A stretch of 64,000 nucleotides of DNA from the human T2T-CHM13v2.0 reference genome, Homo sapiens (GCF_009914755.1 NC_060933.1); one strand, 5' to 3'. Shown: positions 25,495 through 38,498, numbered from the stretch's first letter. The notes: generated from the sequence alone by a model not told the origin. A program made the numbers and translations.

Positions 25495-26524
25495 AAAGTT
25501 TATTTTATAATAATTTTAAAAATAAAAAGGATCCCCAAAGAAAAAGTACTAAGACAACACTTGTTTTAAAATGAAGTTTTATACTCTAAAAACTTGCATA
25601 TGTAGCCAAAACAATTTATTACTAGGGGGAGATTAGGGATTTAGTGGTATTATTTTTAAGAAAAAAAAAGCAACAGCACAAGATGAATATTTTAAAAGTT
25701 TACTTAGAAACAAAACACTACTGGCCTCCAAGATACCATGTGCCAATTTTCCCCTCTGAACAACTTTTACAGACAACTTATAACCTCCCTAAATTATAGG
25801 TTTATGCGGAAAAATAAGGGGTTGTTATATAATAAGGAAGCTGACAAATCTTTAACTGTAACAGTACTAGTTATTGCTACTGTAATTTATGCATAGATAC
25901 TGATTCTAATTAAGTAATAGCAGAGGTTGCCTTTGAATTTATGAGGCTATAATCAGCTCCCTTGTGCTCAATAAATGCCACAGCTACAGTCTGTGGTGTT
26001 AATTTCACACTACAGTGGGAACTAGTGGTTGTTGCCAAATATACTCATAAGTCACAGGCAATTTGGATTATTACTGTAGTGTGTGCTGCATTGAGAAATG
26101 AACTAGTTCATAATCACTTTTTAAAGTCATTATTGAGTGTTTGTGTATGATAACTCTTCTGACATTGATAAGGCATAGTGCAGTAGCTTGTCTTTTTCCC
26201 AAAACCCATTTCTAGATAAAATAAATATATCAAATCCTCCGGAAAAATAACAACATAAGAAGCCCCTGCTTCCTCAGCTTTCTGGCTATGTCTGATATAT
26301 GGGAACTGGAAACTTAGAATTTTTTCCTATAAACTACCTCCTGTGTGATGTTCCCCAAAGGGACAGTGCCTGATACGGGGTTATTCGATATGGGGATTTT
26401 ATGAATTAATGTGATGAGCTTGCTGGCAAAATGAATTCTGTCCTTTTCTAATTTCCTGAAGCTGAGTGTCAACTAAAGCACTTTCACTGTGAGGTTTAAT
26501 TCTGGAATTACTTTCCTCAAAATG

Positions 26525-26525
<1 letters not shown>

Positions 26526-26561
<36 letters not shown>
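26526..26561 (+). repeat. (CA)18 microsatellite
   Basis: Directly visible perfect repeat. Confidence 0.98.
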
Positions 26562-26563
<2 letters not shown>

Positions 26564-27607
26564 GATGGGAAGTGAGCTAAAAACAGTATCTCTCGTTCTT
26601 TATTTTACTGTCTCTCTTCTATTTCAAAGGAGTTACTCTTGGCAGTGGGGTTTTAAGAAATTCCACGTAGGACTGCACACTATTCCACATCTTGTTCTTA
26701 AATCCACAACACTGCCATGACTCCTTATTGTTAAACAGCGAACGTGTTCAAATGCCAGCTGTTGACTATAAGGGGTCTTCTTTGTAACCGAGAGGGCTGA
26801 TTGCATTAATTCCACGGACAGCATGCTCTGACTGGTTGCTGGGACCACAGATTTCTGTTTTGAGTATGTTCACATTATTTCCTGAGGAACTCACTAGGCT
26901 CCAGTGCAATCAACAACATAATAGAAGAACCGTGTTTTCTTCGTAAGGGGCAAGCACAAAAGGCAGATGGCTCCCCTGACGTGATGTTTTAGGACCTGCC
27001 AAAATCAAGACACCAAGAGTGACTGAAGCTAGTCAAAGAGTCACTGCCACCTTGGATTCTTCTAAATAAAATGACACAAAATATCAGATATTTCCTATAT
27101 TGCTTTCCATTATCTACCAAAAAAGCGTTCTTCAAACATCCAAAAGATCCTGCACCCTGGAGTTCAAGCTTATCCTTTGTCTATGGTCTGTACACAGAAA
27201 GGTAGTTTCCATAAATTATAACCAATGCCCTGTGGAGGCAATAGGTAATCGTTTCAGAAAAACATGTGTGTGGGTGGGTGGGTGTGGGTGTCTGTGTGTG
27301 GCTGTGTGCACGTGTGCATGCTTTGATCCCTTTTATTAACATTCCAGGGGCAGAAACTGTAGTCTCAGAGTGGTGTATAATCACAAATTTTCTTCACTTA
27401 ATTTGCAACAGAAAAGGAAAGGTCTTTCTTCCATTATTGTATAGACAAATAACAAAACATCAGAGCAGTAGCTGTATCAACAAAAAGGCTTTTGGAAGAT
27501 TTGCAGGTGTTACACAACCTCCTTCATCAGGGGAGAAGTACAGCCTAGCTTTTTGGAGTAAAGACGGAGTCCTTTAACAATTCTTGCTTAGCAACACACA
27601 GTCTATT

Positions 27608-27925
27608 TGTGGTGGTCATGGGGGTGCACCAAGCAATCTCCCATCTAGAAAGACCCTGCTGAGAGGAGCATTGTCAGCTGACAGCTTCTGCGGCCACATC
27701 TCCGTATCCACCATGCATTCATGCCAAGACTGTTGTCTTTCCCAGAAGCTCTCAGCCAGTGACTGAGCATGCTGGGATCCTAGGGACAGGCAGTTCTTGC
27801 CCAACATATGACTCCTATAGTGGACAATCCCTACTCAAGGATTCCTCTTCAGGCTGACCAAGACTTTTACAGGGCAGCATTGCAGTCTGGGGCTCAGCCT
27901 TCTTCCTTCTCTCTCTCCTTCTACA
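27608..27925 (+). mobile_element. LTR16A/B-like ERVL LTR (partial)
   Basis: GCTGACAGC...CAGCCAGTGACTGAGCA...GACTCCT...CAAGACTTT...TGCAGTCTGGGGCTC matches recalled LTR16 consensus. Confidence 0.7.
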
Positions 27926-27984
27926 AGTATTAGAGCTACATCACCATCTGAAGTTTCTTTCTTTCTATGTCTGCTCTCTTGTCC

Positions 27985-28060
27985 TTGTTTCATGCATGTC
28001 TTGAGATATTGCCAAATGTCCACTGGGAGGCACAAATCTCTATTCTATGAGAACCACTGG
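27985..28060. mobile_element. MER20 terminal fragment
   Basis: GATATTGCCAAATGTCC...TGAGAACCACTG. Confidence 0.65.
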
Positions 28061-29000
28061 TATAAGGTAAGAAAGCTTCCCTAGGAAGAGCTAGGTGCTT
28101 GCTCCTCGGGCTCCTGTGGCACTTGGTTTCACTAAAGCACTTTTTATGTTTAATTGTCATTGTTCATCTATTGGGCTCTCCCGCCAGCTTATGAGCTTTT
28201 CCATAGGAACTGTGACTTTCATATTCATTGCATTTCTCCAGTCCCATTTTGGACCTGTTTTCAGAAGACATTCGTTTAAATGACGAATCAAGGAAGAAAG
28301 GGGAGAAGGCAGGGAGAGAGGAATGGGGAAGGAAGGATAAAAACAAGCAGTTAGGCAGCAAAAGAAGGCGGGAGAGAGTGAATCTATGAAGCATTTTTCC
28401 TTGGCTAGCCAAAGTGGCCTGGGTTATGTTTCTATATTTGAGCCTGGTCATTCTTAGCTTATTGCTTCCCCTTTAGGAGTTTACTGCATGACTCTATCTA
28501 TAGCGTTTGTTTGTTGAAGAATCGTTCGTTTGTTATGCTCCAAGTGTTGAAATCCTCTTTGGTTTTTGGATCTTCTCATACCCTCCTCTGCCCACTTTAA
28601 GGCCATTTCCAGGCAACCACTGGCAGATCCTTGTCCCTCCCCAGTAACTGACAGCACTTAACCATCAATAACGTGATCTCAGACACCAAGGCACTGCTCC
28701 AAAGGATGAGCACTTCTTGTTTTGTATCAACAACAAAAAAATATTCTGAATAATACATGGTCCCAAACGGAAAGGTAGATAGGAATGCAATCAATTAACT
28801 TGGATGATGTCATAATCCACATGCATGGCAGAAGAGCTAGAATTCCAGACCTTGCTGTGCTCAGCTCTTCTGAGGATAATTAGCAGTGTTCCAGGGAACT
28901 TCGGACAGCCCATTGTGTTTTATATCTCTAACAATATGATAGGCCTGAGAGATTTGGAAAAGGATTCATTAGCTTACTAAAATTATTTAAAACCCAGACA

Positions 29001-29320
<320 letters not shown>

Positions 29321-29761
29321 TCAGACTAACAGGAATGAGAATGATGCTTGTAGGGACAGAAAGAAAAAAAAAATACTATTAACTGTTTTTGGCTCATCTT
29401 GCTCTCCAAACCTGCATTCTTCTGAATTTCAAGAATGAGTACATGTAGCCAGAGGCAAAGGAACTCTGTCCAGGCATGGACTAGGTAACACAACCAGCCC
29501 CAGAAGTTCTCCTATCCCCCACGCTAAGTCCTTCTTCCTAATCTTCTTCTAAATCTGTTCCGTTGATAGAAGTTCCCCAACCTTAAAAAGAATTTTTTTT
29601 AACTTCTAGAGTTCTTAGTTTTCCATATATTTCATAGTCTGCATAACAGCTAAAAATATCCTTTGTCATCTATCTTTGACATCAAGTAACACTGCCACTG
29701 TCACCCAATGTGGAGTTTTATGGAATTCTAAATTTGTAAGAGATGAATACATTATTAAATT

Positions 29762-29848
29762 CAGTAATTCCCAAATTTTAGTGAATAAAACATCCATTGA
29801 GGGAGCTTGTTAAAAATTCAGATTCTGATAAGGCCCAGGAATTTGCCA
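29762..29848. mobile_element. MER5A fragment
   Basis: CAGTAATTCCCAAA...GAGGGAGCTTGTTAAAA...CAGATT...GGCCCAGGAATTTGC. Confidence 0.6.
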
Positions 29849-29859
29849 AGTTTTGGCTG

Positions 29860-30178
29860 CTTTATAACTTAAATACAGCAAAATTCACTCCCTTGAGGTG
29901 TACAGCTTTGCAAATTTTGATAATTGTATGCAGCCATGAAATCTCCATCACAATCAAGATATGAAACAGTTGCATCACCCTACAAAGCTTTTCATGCCCC
30001 TTTACAATCCATCTCCTTTCCCTCCCCCGCTTATAACCCCCAGGCAATCACCTGTTTGATTTCCAGCCCCGTAATTTTGCTGTTTGGGGAATTTCATATA
30101 AATGTAATCTTGCAGTATACATACAGCCTTTTGTGTTTAACTTTTCTCCCTTAGTATGATGTTTTTGAGGTTCATCTG
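29860..30178 (-). mobile_element. L1MB/L1ME-type 3' end
   Basis: AAAATTCACTC...GTGTACAG...CACAATCAAGATAT...GAATTTCATATAAATG...TTTTTGAGGTTCATC. Confidence 0.85.
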
Positions 30179-31054
30179 GAAAATTTGCAATTAAAATAGA
30201 AATTTTTGATGATTCTGCTCAGAGAGTTTCATAGCCGTATTTTGAAAAGCACTCTTCTGATCCAAACTTTTTATTTCATAGATAAGAAAGCTGAGGTGTA
30301 AAGAATGTAAGTTACTTACCTGAAGTGAAATATTACTGAGAAATATTTGAAACATGTGTCCCTGGAGAGAATTCCATGAATCATTTAATTTTCCTTTACG
30401 TCTCTGCGATGAGAGATTGAATCCTTCAGCAATCATATCCTTAAAACCAATGATATGAGATCTAGTGTGTGAATATATTTTGGATTTTCTTCTGGATTAC
30501 AAAATATTATTGCCAGGGCTTTGCTTAAGTTCAGAAAAATTTACTGAGAGACAGAGTGTGATTTAGTAAGAAAACAGCTCTACAACCTTCTTGAAAATAG
30601 TACATTTGCTTTTGTACATGGTGAAATGTAATGAACAACACTCCTCAACTTGTACTTTCTAACTTCACTGATAGAAAAGATTTCTTTCTCACCTGCCTAT
30701 CCCCATGCTTTGCAGTTGGAAACGGGTTGTGTCTTTGTGGAGGAGCCAGCATGGTGAGTGTTTTCCCCACCCTTTCTGGATCACAGGTCCCTTTGGGAAT
30801 CTGATGAAGGCTCTGAAGCCTCTTAGGTGGAGGAGATGGAGGAACACAGGTAGGTCATGTGGCAGCTAAGCAGGAGGACCCAGGATCAGGGACACCATAG
30901 ACAGGGGACAGTTGGGAAGGTCCATAGAGGACCAGCTATAGCTCCAGGAAGCACTCCACAAGCATGCGTCAAAGCTCTGTAAGGGCACTCCTGCTGACTG
31001 AGGCTTTTGATCTCGGGGAGCTCGGATCCACCCCATCAAAGCTAAGCCTAGGTC

Positions 31055-31200
31055 TAATTTACAGATGAGGAAACTGAATTTCTGGGATGACAAAGACCTG
31101 CCTGTAGCCAGTTCTTAGCTTAGTCCTGCAGCCAGTACCTAGCTCATGACTTTAACCCTTAACCCAAGCCTGCTGGACTTCATCACTATCCTGTGCTCTC
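31055..31200 (-). mobile_element. MIR fragment
   Basis: TTTACAGATGAGGAAACTGA is the MIR core motif. Confidence 0.6.
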
Positions 31201-31949
31201 TTCACTGTTTGATCTAAAACTGAATGTAAGAGAATGATATTGGTAGCACATCAGCTAGTGAGCATTATAGGCAGGGAAACATCTCAAGGTCCTCAGTATT
31301 TGATCACTTATTCACAGGACCATTTTAAAGGGCTTGTACGTGTCGTAATGACAGTTTATGAGGCCATTTCCCCTTTTTGTTGCTTCTCTAAAAACTGGAA
31401 GTGCTACCAATGCCATAAAAATACAATGAGTTAATCTTCCTCCAAAAGTAGTAAAAGAAAGGGGAAATGACCAGTGTATACCATTTAAAATAAGCAGACA
31501 ATTCTAAAGATAATACCCTGATTTTCATTTACAACTTTCTTATGCTCATCTTCAGTACTCCAGAGTGGACATTTGTAATTTATTGATCCCAGATCAGAGC
31601 ACCCAGTCCTTGTCCTGAAGAGACCTGTTATCTCCTATCACACCCTTTGGGGTTTGAGACCAGATGGATGACCTGGAACTGACTTCTGTAATCCTTCTTC
31701 AGAGCTCCAGAGAGCGAAAACATGTGAATGCCAAGAAAATAAACAGATGGAGTGTGTGAATTACTTTTATAATTAAATTACATATTGATATGTAGATGTG
31801 TACAGTCCAACAAAAATTTTAAAATTGGACAAATTTCTAAACAGTCAACACATAATCATTATATTTTTTAAGTTGTCAAAATAATCACATTCATCAATAA
31901 TTATTGGTCTCTTTCTGCTGAATCTGCTTCTCAGTGGCATTGAGTATGT

Positions 31950-32230
31950 CTTTCCCTCTGCTTTGAATTCTCTTTCCTTCTTTCTTCATCTGCAAAACTC
32001 TCAGTTAATCTTCAAGACTCAGGTTCAAGATTCAGCTACTATGACTTCCCTAGCATGATGTATGTAACTTCATTAAAACACACAACTTATTGTAGTACAG
32101 TATTGGTTTTCCTGTTTGTCTCCCTATGGGATTATGAGGACTCTCCACTCATCCATGTTCCCACCACCTAGTGTGGTGCCCTGCATGCTGTTGATACTCA
32201 GCACTGCTAGACAATAGAATTAGTGAATGT
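31950..32230 (+). mobile_element. L2 3' region
   Basis: ATCTTCAAGACTCAG...TTTGTCTCCC...CCTAGTGTGGTGCC...TACTCAG...GTGAATG. Confidence 0.6.
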
Positions 32231-32895
32231 TACCTTCTTGTCACTGGATCTACCAGCCTCAAGTTCAATTTCCTACATTCCCTGATAATTCTGGCATCAT
32301 GCTTCACTTCCCTTCCTCATCTCTTACTATCATCCTGAGAAACTTCCATGTGGTTAATATCCAACATCCTTGATTTAAAGTCAGGGATTTTCATTCTGAT
32401 TCTACTTTATGAATTCATCCCTATAATTCAAGAATGGCTCTTGTCAATTCACCAAAGTGAATTTTACTTCCAAAATAGTAAATTCCACTGTGCTGTTCCA
32501 TAACCTAAATTTCATATCCTTTCAATCCCACTAAACCAGATTTCAAGTATGTTAGGACTTCCAGTCCATTCCTCTGACATTATTGAACTACTCTTGGACA
32601 TGATTCCTTCTTCATCTTCTTCAAATTTTTATGAAGGGTCATTTCATTTCTCACTTGCAACATCATCTCCTATTACCTTCTACTAATCCTATCCAAGAAA
32701 TCTCCACTCTAAACCCTACAATATAATTTCATCATTCTTATATCTGGACTACTTGATAATGCTGGAGAAAATAACCTAGTCTTTCAAATTATTGCCAATA
32801 TGAATGTATGTAATCTAATGTGCATCAGTGCTGCTCGTTTTTAGAATGGGCAGTTGACTTTTGAAGTCTTCACTATTATTTTCTAGTTAACTTCT

Positions 32896-33498
32896 TGTTT
32901 CAGGCACCTCTTACACATCATGCCAGTACCTCTTGGCTTGCCCTCTGTCGTGGGTCCCCAGCTTTGCCCCAGCCACCACTGCAACCATCTGCTCTTAGTT
33001 TCACCCACCATCTTCTCATGGACTCAGTAGCTCACCTCCCACCCTGGGGCTTCCCTGGGAACCTGCTAGGCACTGAGGTGTTAGCAAACTAGTAGTGCGG
33101 GGGAGTGGACACTCTCTGGGACAAACCATTAACCAATGGAGATAGGAGCTGCTAGAAAAATGATTTCCTTTTCATTCTCACTCCCTTCCAGGATGGTCCT
33201 GCGATATTTCATACAGCCTTCTGCAGATGGACCTCTGATGTCACATAATCAGTTATACTTGATAGCAAACACAACTATCTCAGTAACGTGCCTTCTCATC
33301 CTTGTTCTTGGACTATTCTTGGACATGATTCCCTGTCTTGCTTCCCTTTTTTCTCTCTTCTGCTTTCTTGGAATTGTGGGAATTCCTCCTCTCTCACCCT
33401 CAAACACACATGATAAAGCACTAATTTTCTATTACTTCATTGTGTGTGTGTGTGTGAGGGTGGGTGAGGAGGAATTCTTAGCAATCCAGGTTAAGACA
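32896..33498 (+). mobile_element. ERVL solo LTR (LTR40-like)
   Basis: TG start, GGGGAGTGGACAC...AACCAATGGAGATAGGAGC core, ends GGTTAAGACA; near-TSD CTTCT/CTTCC. Confidence 0.65.
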
Positions 33499-33690
33499 CT
33501 TCCTGTGTTCCACTAACCTCACTGCAAAGAGACAACTTGCTTTCTATTTTATAAAGAGAACAGAGGTTACTAGATGTGAAAATATTCAACTCTCTTGCTC
33601 TACATATGTAAACTTACTGTTTCTGTGTTTGTCCCCAGTCTCAGAGAAGAGGTATCACTTCCTAGCATTTTGGTTGGTTTTATTTTGCTA

Positions 33691-33981
33691 TTTTTTTTTT
33701 TGAGATGGAGTCTTGCTCTGTCGCCCAGGGTGGAGTGCAGTGGTATGATCTTGGCTCATGGCAAACTGCCTCCTGGGTTCAAGTGATTCTCCTGCCTCAG
33801 CCTCCTGAGTAACTGGGGTTGCAGGCGTGTGCCACCACACATGGCTAATTTTCACATTTTTAGTAGAGAAAGGGTTTCACCATATTGGCCAGGCTGGTCT
33901 CGAACACCTGACCTCAAGTGATCTGCTTGCCTCAGCCTCCCAAAGTCCTAGGATTACGGGCATGAGCCACAGTGCCCGGCC
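33691..33981 (-). mobile_element. Full-length AluS (Sx/Sz-like)
   Basis: Reverse Alu dimer with CTCAAGTGATC; near-TSD TTTTGCTA/TTTTACTA. Confidence 0.97.
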
Positions 33982-35074
33982 TTTTTACTATGTTTTGGAG
34001 GCTATCCTCTCTCTTCCTTCAAAACCCATTCGTTACTAGTTCCTCTTTTCTTTAATTTCATTGTCTTCTTTATTATAGATCATGTCCCATAGGTTATAAA
34101 TATACACATATTTCCTACATTAAAAAAGAAAAAACTCCTCTAAAACTATATTCTTCTTCTACTATGACCTTCTCTTTATAGCCAAGTTTCTTAAGGGCCA
34201 TTAACAGTCTTTCCTCCCACCCCCCTTATCATCCTTGAACACACTCTTCACTTCATGTAATGTGGTTTCTGACCGACCTCGCTGCTTACATTAAGCTGTT
34301 CAAGCAAAGGCTGCCAATCATTTCATCATTACCAACTCTTAATAGGCAGTTTTCATATTGATGTCCATAAGCTTCTTGACACTTTGCAACACCATTTTCT
34401 TCCTTAAACTCTTTCCTCCTTTGATTCCAGGATTCTACTCTCTGCAGAATCCCAAACCCAATTTCTGACTGGTCTTTTTCAAAAGATTCCTTTGCTGTTA
34501 TATTTTCCTCTGTCCACCTTTAAAGAAGAGATTTTTGAAAGATTTCCATCACCCTACCCTCACTGTCCCTCACTCTACATACTTTTCCTATGGGATCACA
34601 TCCACTGCCATGATTCTAACTAATGCCAATATTTTGATGGTTCTCAAATCTCTCTCTAACCTAAATGTGTATCACAATACAAGGCTTACATGTCCATCAG
34701 CATAATGGGTATCTTCATCTGGCAAATCAACGAAATATGGCAAAAGTCTCATGAATGTATTATGTTCCTTCTAACCACAATGCTCTTCTCTGCCATTTTC
34801 ACCAGTCAAACTCCTTTTCTCCCTTCAAAATTCACTTTAATGTCATCTTATTTAAACCTTTTCTGATTCCTTGGGTGGAGTTGATCCCTCTGTCTTTTCA
34901 GCCCCACTCTGGTGAACTTCTTCTAACAAACTTTCAGTGGTAACTTACTTATGCCTAGCCCCAGAGAAAGAGAGATGAACTCATCCTAGAGCAGCTCACA
35001 CACCAGCCAAGAAGTCACTTCAGAGGTACGAGTTCCTCTAGTAAAGGAGATATGCAAGAGATTCTGGGAAGACC

Positions 35075-36851
35075 ATCATTTTCAAAGTTGTTTGTGGACC
35101 CTGGGGAAGTCCTTAAGACCCTCTTAAGGGGTCTGCAAACACAAAAGTACTTTCATAATAGTATCAAAACATTATTAATCTTTTCACCATATTGAAATTT
35201 GCACTGATGATGCAAAAGCAATACTGGATAAAACTTGGCACCTTATAATCAATCAACGCAATTATCAATCAAGCTAGTAGTAGTTGGATTTTTCATTGCC
35301 ACCCACTCACTGTAAAAGAAAATGTCAGTTTCACTTTAGAGTATCCTTGGTGAAACAGTAAACATTATTAATTTTAAATCTCAAGCCTTGAGTGTAAGTC
35401 TTTTTAATAGTCTGTAGCAAAATGAGAAGTACACATCAAATAATTCTGCTGCATATTGAAGTATGGTGGTTATCTTGAGGAAAGGCACTTGTTTGAGTTG
35501 TAACCTAGACCAGCCACTTTTTGTGAAATGCCATTTTTACTTGAATGACTGATAAGCAAACAATGGTTATTTAGACTTAAATATTTGGCAAATATTTCTT
35601 AAGAATGAGTGAGAGAGCCTGTCCCTTCAAGGAAAACAACTCACTGTGTTTGTCGCCAGTGATAAAATTCAAGCTTTCAAGTGGAAATTGGCATTTTAGA
35701 AACACATCCACCTGTAAGTTTGACAGAGTCCTAATGTTTAAGGCCTTTTAAAACGAAATTGATGGTGATGTTAACAATGTGATGTTTTTTTCTATTATAT
35801 AATGAAATGTGCCAACATTTGGAAGATATGCATAACTCAGTGAACCAATACTTTCCAAGTGACCAATGCATGATGTTAGAAAATCATGCACGGGTAACAG
35901 ATCCTTTCAGAGTGGAAGATGATCCAGTTAAAATTCATCAAAATGGTTTCAGATTTGACATTGCAACTAACCTGTAAAAAAATTACAACTTGGCAAGTTT
36001 TGATGCAGTATTAAAGAAGAATATCCACAGTTATCTGAAAAGGCTATTAAAATTCTACTCCCTTTTCCAAATACATATCTGTGAGAGGCCAGATTTTCTT
36101 CATATACTTCAACTAAAACAACATATCTACAGCAGATTGACTGTAGCAGCAGATATGAGAAACCAGCTGTCTTCTTTTATGCCAGACATTAAAAAGATTT
36201 GCAAAAGTACAAAACAACTCCACTCTTCTCATTAACTTTTTTGTTTTAGAAAATACAATTTGTTAGAAAGTAATTTTCAAAAGAAAAGTAAAATCATGAC
36301 TCTCATACAGATGTAAAAATAAACATGGGCTAATGACTTTATTCAACTCATTAATCAATGAGGGAATTAGGCAGATATTACAAACAGTTCAAATAAGAAG
36401 CTAAACTGAAATTTATATGGAGTAAAGGTAGATTAAAATAAATTGTAAATAGGGGCAAAGAGGGTTTTCCAATCTAGTCTTTATCAGACAAAATTTGCAT
36501 GTCTAATAGCCAGCTACAGTTTACAGTTATAAAACAGCTCAAAGAAAAGAAAGACTAGACATTGGTAACCCAGAAGGAATGTCCTCTAAACAATGCATAG
36601 TTTCCCATTGAAACAAATATTTTCAAAAAGTTAATTTTTATTACAAAATGATAGTTATGTTAATGGGAAATGGGTTTGTTACTATTTTATAATAACACAA
36701 TAAATCAATATTTTAAAACTTTTTTACTTTTAATTTCTAATATGGTAAATATAAATAGATATATTCCAGACAAACAAGAACTCTTTGGAAGCCTCCATAA
36801 TTTTTAAGACTATAAAGGGGGTTCTGTGACTAAAAAGTTTGAGAACCACTG
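35075..36851 (+). mobile_element. Charlie1a-like hAT DNA transposon with transposase C-terminal remnant
   Basis: ORF 35990-36235 ends RLTVAADMRNQLSSFMPDIKKICK (hAT dimerisation motif); ATTTGCACTGATGATGCAAAAGCAAT; terminus AAAAAGTTTGAGAACCACTG. Confidence 0.88.
36261..36628. mobile_element. ~370-bp insert inside Charlie1, probable ERV1-class solo LTR (LTR37-like?)
   Basis: Charlie text AAAATACAATT|...|AGTTAATTTTT rejoins across it; starts TGTTAGAAA; near-4-bp TSD AATT/AGTT. Family uncertain. Confidence 0.45.
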
Positions 36852-37129
36852 TAGTAAGTATTCAACAGATTAATTAATCCTCACCCAGCCTGCTCACTGG
36901 ATGAGAAATTCCTCCATGATCAATCGATCCTGTAGTCTGATCTAACTTCTCCCAGAGAGAACTGGGTGTGTTGCTTTCCCCTGGCCTTCTTCCAGGATAC
37001 TGCTGTACTGAGTCCATGTGGATCACACAAGGCTAACCAAATCCATCATTCCTTACATCTCTATTAAGGCCACTAGCTAAAAAGTATGCTGCTCTGGCCA
37101 TCTCTCTTTCAACTCAACTTCTCTCTAAT

Positions 37130-38040
37130 TTCCTTATCCTAATTTATTCCATTGCATGCTTGATCTGTGACAAATGGCTTTTTCCACTTCCTTGACCTCA
37201 TCATTAAATGTTTCTTTCATCTCCTGTCTATGCTGAAACCTGGTCCTCCCCTGAGTGCTGCTTTCCTGGAAGCTTTATTGAGAGGCAGCTGACCAATCTC
37301 CACGTACTTTAGAGTCAGGGGGTAGAGTGGGCACACTCCCGTTCCCTGGTATTGCTTTTAGACCATTACCCCACCTGCTTACGCCCCAAAACAAGTTCCT
37401 TTGAAGTTCATATCATCCATCTTCTACCCTCATTGTCATCAACCGCCTACCCTTCATTCGTTCCAAGCTACTGAAGATTAGGCATCAGTCATTCTGATCT
37501 GTTATCATTCTGGATGAAAAACACTTTCCAATTTTGACCTTTTGAACTCTAATGACTTCCACTCCATTTCTGTGATCATACCCTAGAATTTGTGCTCCTG
37601 GGGAACTACTTCCCTCCATCCAAACCTCACGCTTCCTAGTCACAGTTCCATATTCGTCCCCTTCTCTCTGTTATTCTCACCACATCTGCTCTTCAGTCTC
37701 TTTGTGATCTCCACTCGCTTGTTCCTTCAAGTGTCATCTCCACATCATCTTCTTTCCCATCATGACCCTGAGGCAAATTTTTGGGGTCACTCTCTTGCTA
37801 AAGTCTTCAAGTCCTCAGCTCCTCTGCCTGGTGAACTCCTAACTTTACAATTCTCTGAATGTTTGCCACTTCTGCTCCCACTTCCATGGCTCTGAGGGCT
37901 ACACATGGAGCTTGACACTATACAAAATGTTTTCTAATTTTATACAGTCTTTAAAGATGCCTTCAATCATACTATGCCTGTGTCAACTCTCCAATTTTTC
38001 CCATATCCTTCAACCCTCACCTCTACTATCTCCTTCTCCT
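37130..38040 (+). mobile_element. L2 ORF2 5' (endonuclease) fragment
   Basis: CTGAAACCTGG (ETW), GGGGGTAGAGTGG (GGGV-like), TCCTTTGAAGTTCAT (SFE.H) in the correct order. Confidence 0.65.
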
Positions 38041-38149
38041 GTGTATCAAGAATGCATCTGCCTCCTTCTTTAGTGGGATGAAAGGATGCTATCATGTGAG
38101 CTCTCTCAATTTTCTGACACTCCTACCCACAACTACATCACATGTAACT

Positions 38150-38498
38150 TTGCTTCCTCCTGTCTGGTCACAGTGGGAGGGTCAGAAAGTGTCCTTTCTA
38201 AGGCTGATCCCTATCCCCGGAAGATGGATCAAACAGGAGCTGTGCTGTGGGTTGAAGGAGGGAGCCAACCTGCAGTGACCCCACAGGGAAGGGCTCAGGG
38301 AATCAATACCTCAATCTCACTTATCTTCTGTCTTCCTTTGTCTCTTGCTGATGCTTCCCATTAACTGAGCCCAATTGGAAGCCAGAGGGCAAGGGAGCCC
38401 ACTGATACAATTCATAACAGTTTCATCTCCCAGGATACAAGGCAGAGAGAAGAAGGCAGAGAGTGCATCTAGAAAGCAGAAAGAAAACATCCACCACA
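38150..38498 (-). mobile_element. LTR33-like ERVL LTR
   Basis: CCCATT...CCCAATTGGAAGCCAGAGGGCAAGGGAGCCCACTGAT...ATCTAGA...ATCCACCACA. Confidence 0.7.

Larger units (their letters stand above)
32230..34940 (+). mobile_element. Long decayed L2 ORF2 segment interrupted by an LTR and an Alu
   Basis: L2 landmarks in order: CAACTTGCTTTCTATTTTATAAAGAGAACAGAG (LASYFTEK-like) and GGTTTCTGACC...GCAAAGGCTGCCAATCA (GFRP..STETAL.KV.ND-like). Confidence 0.6.
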
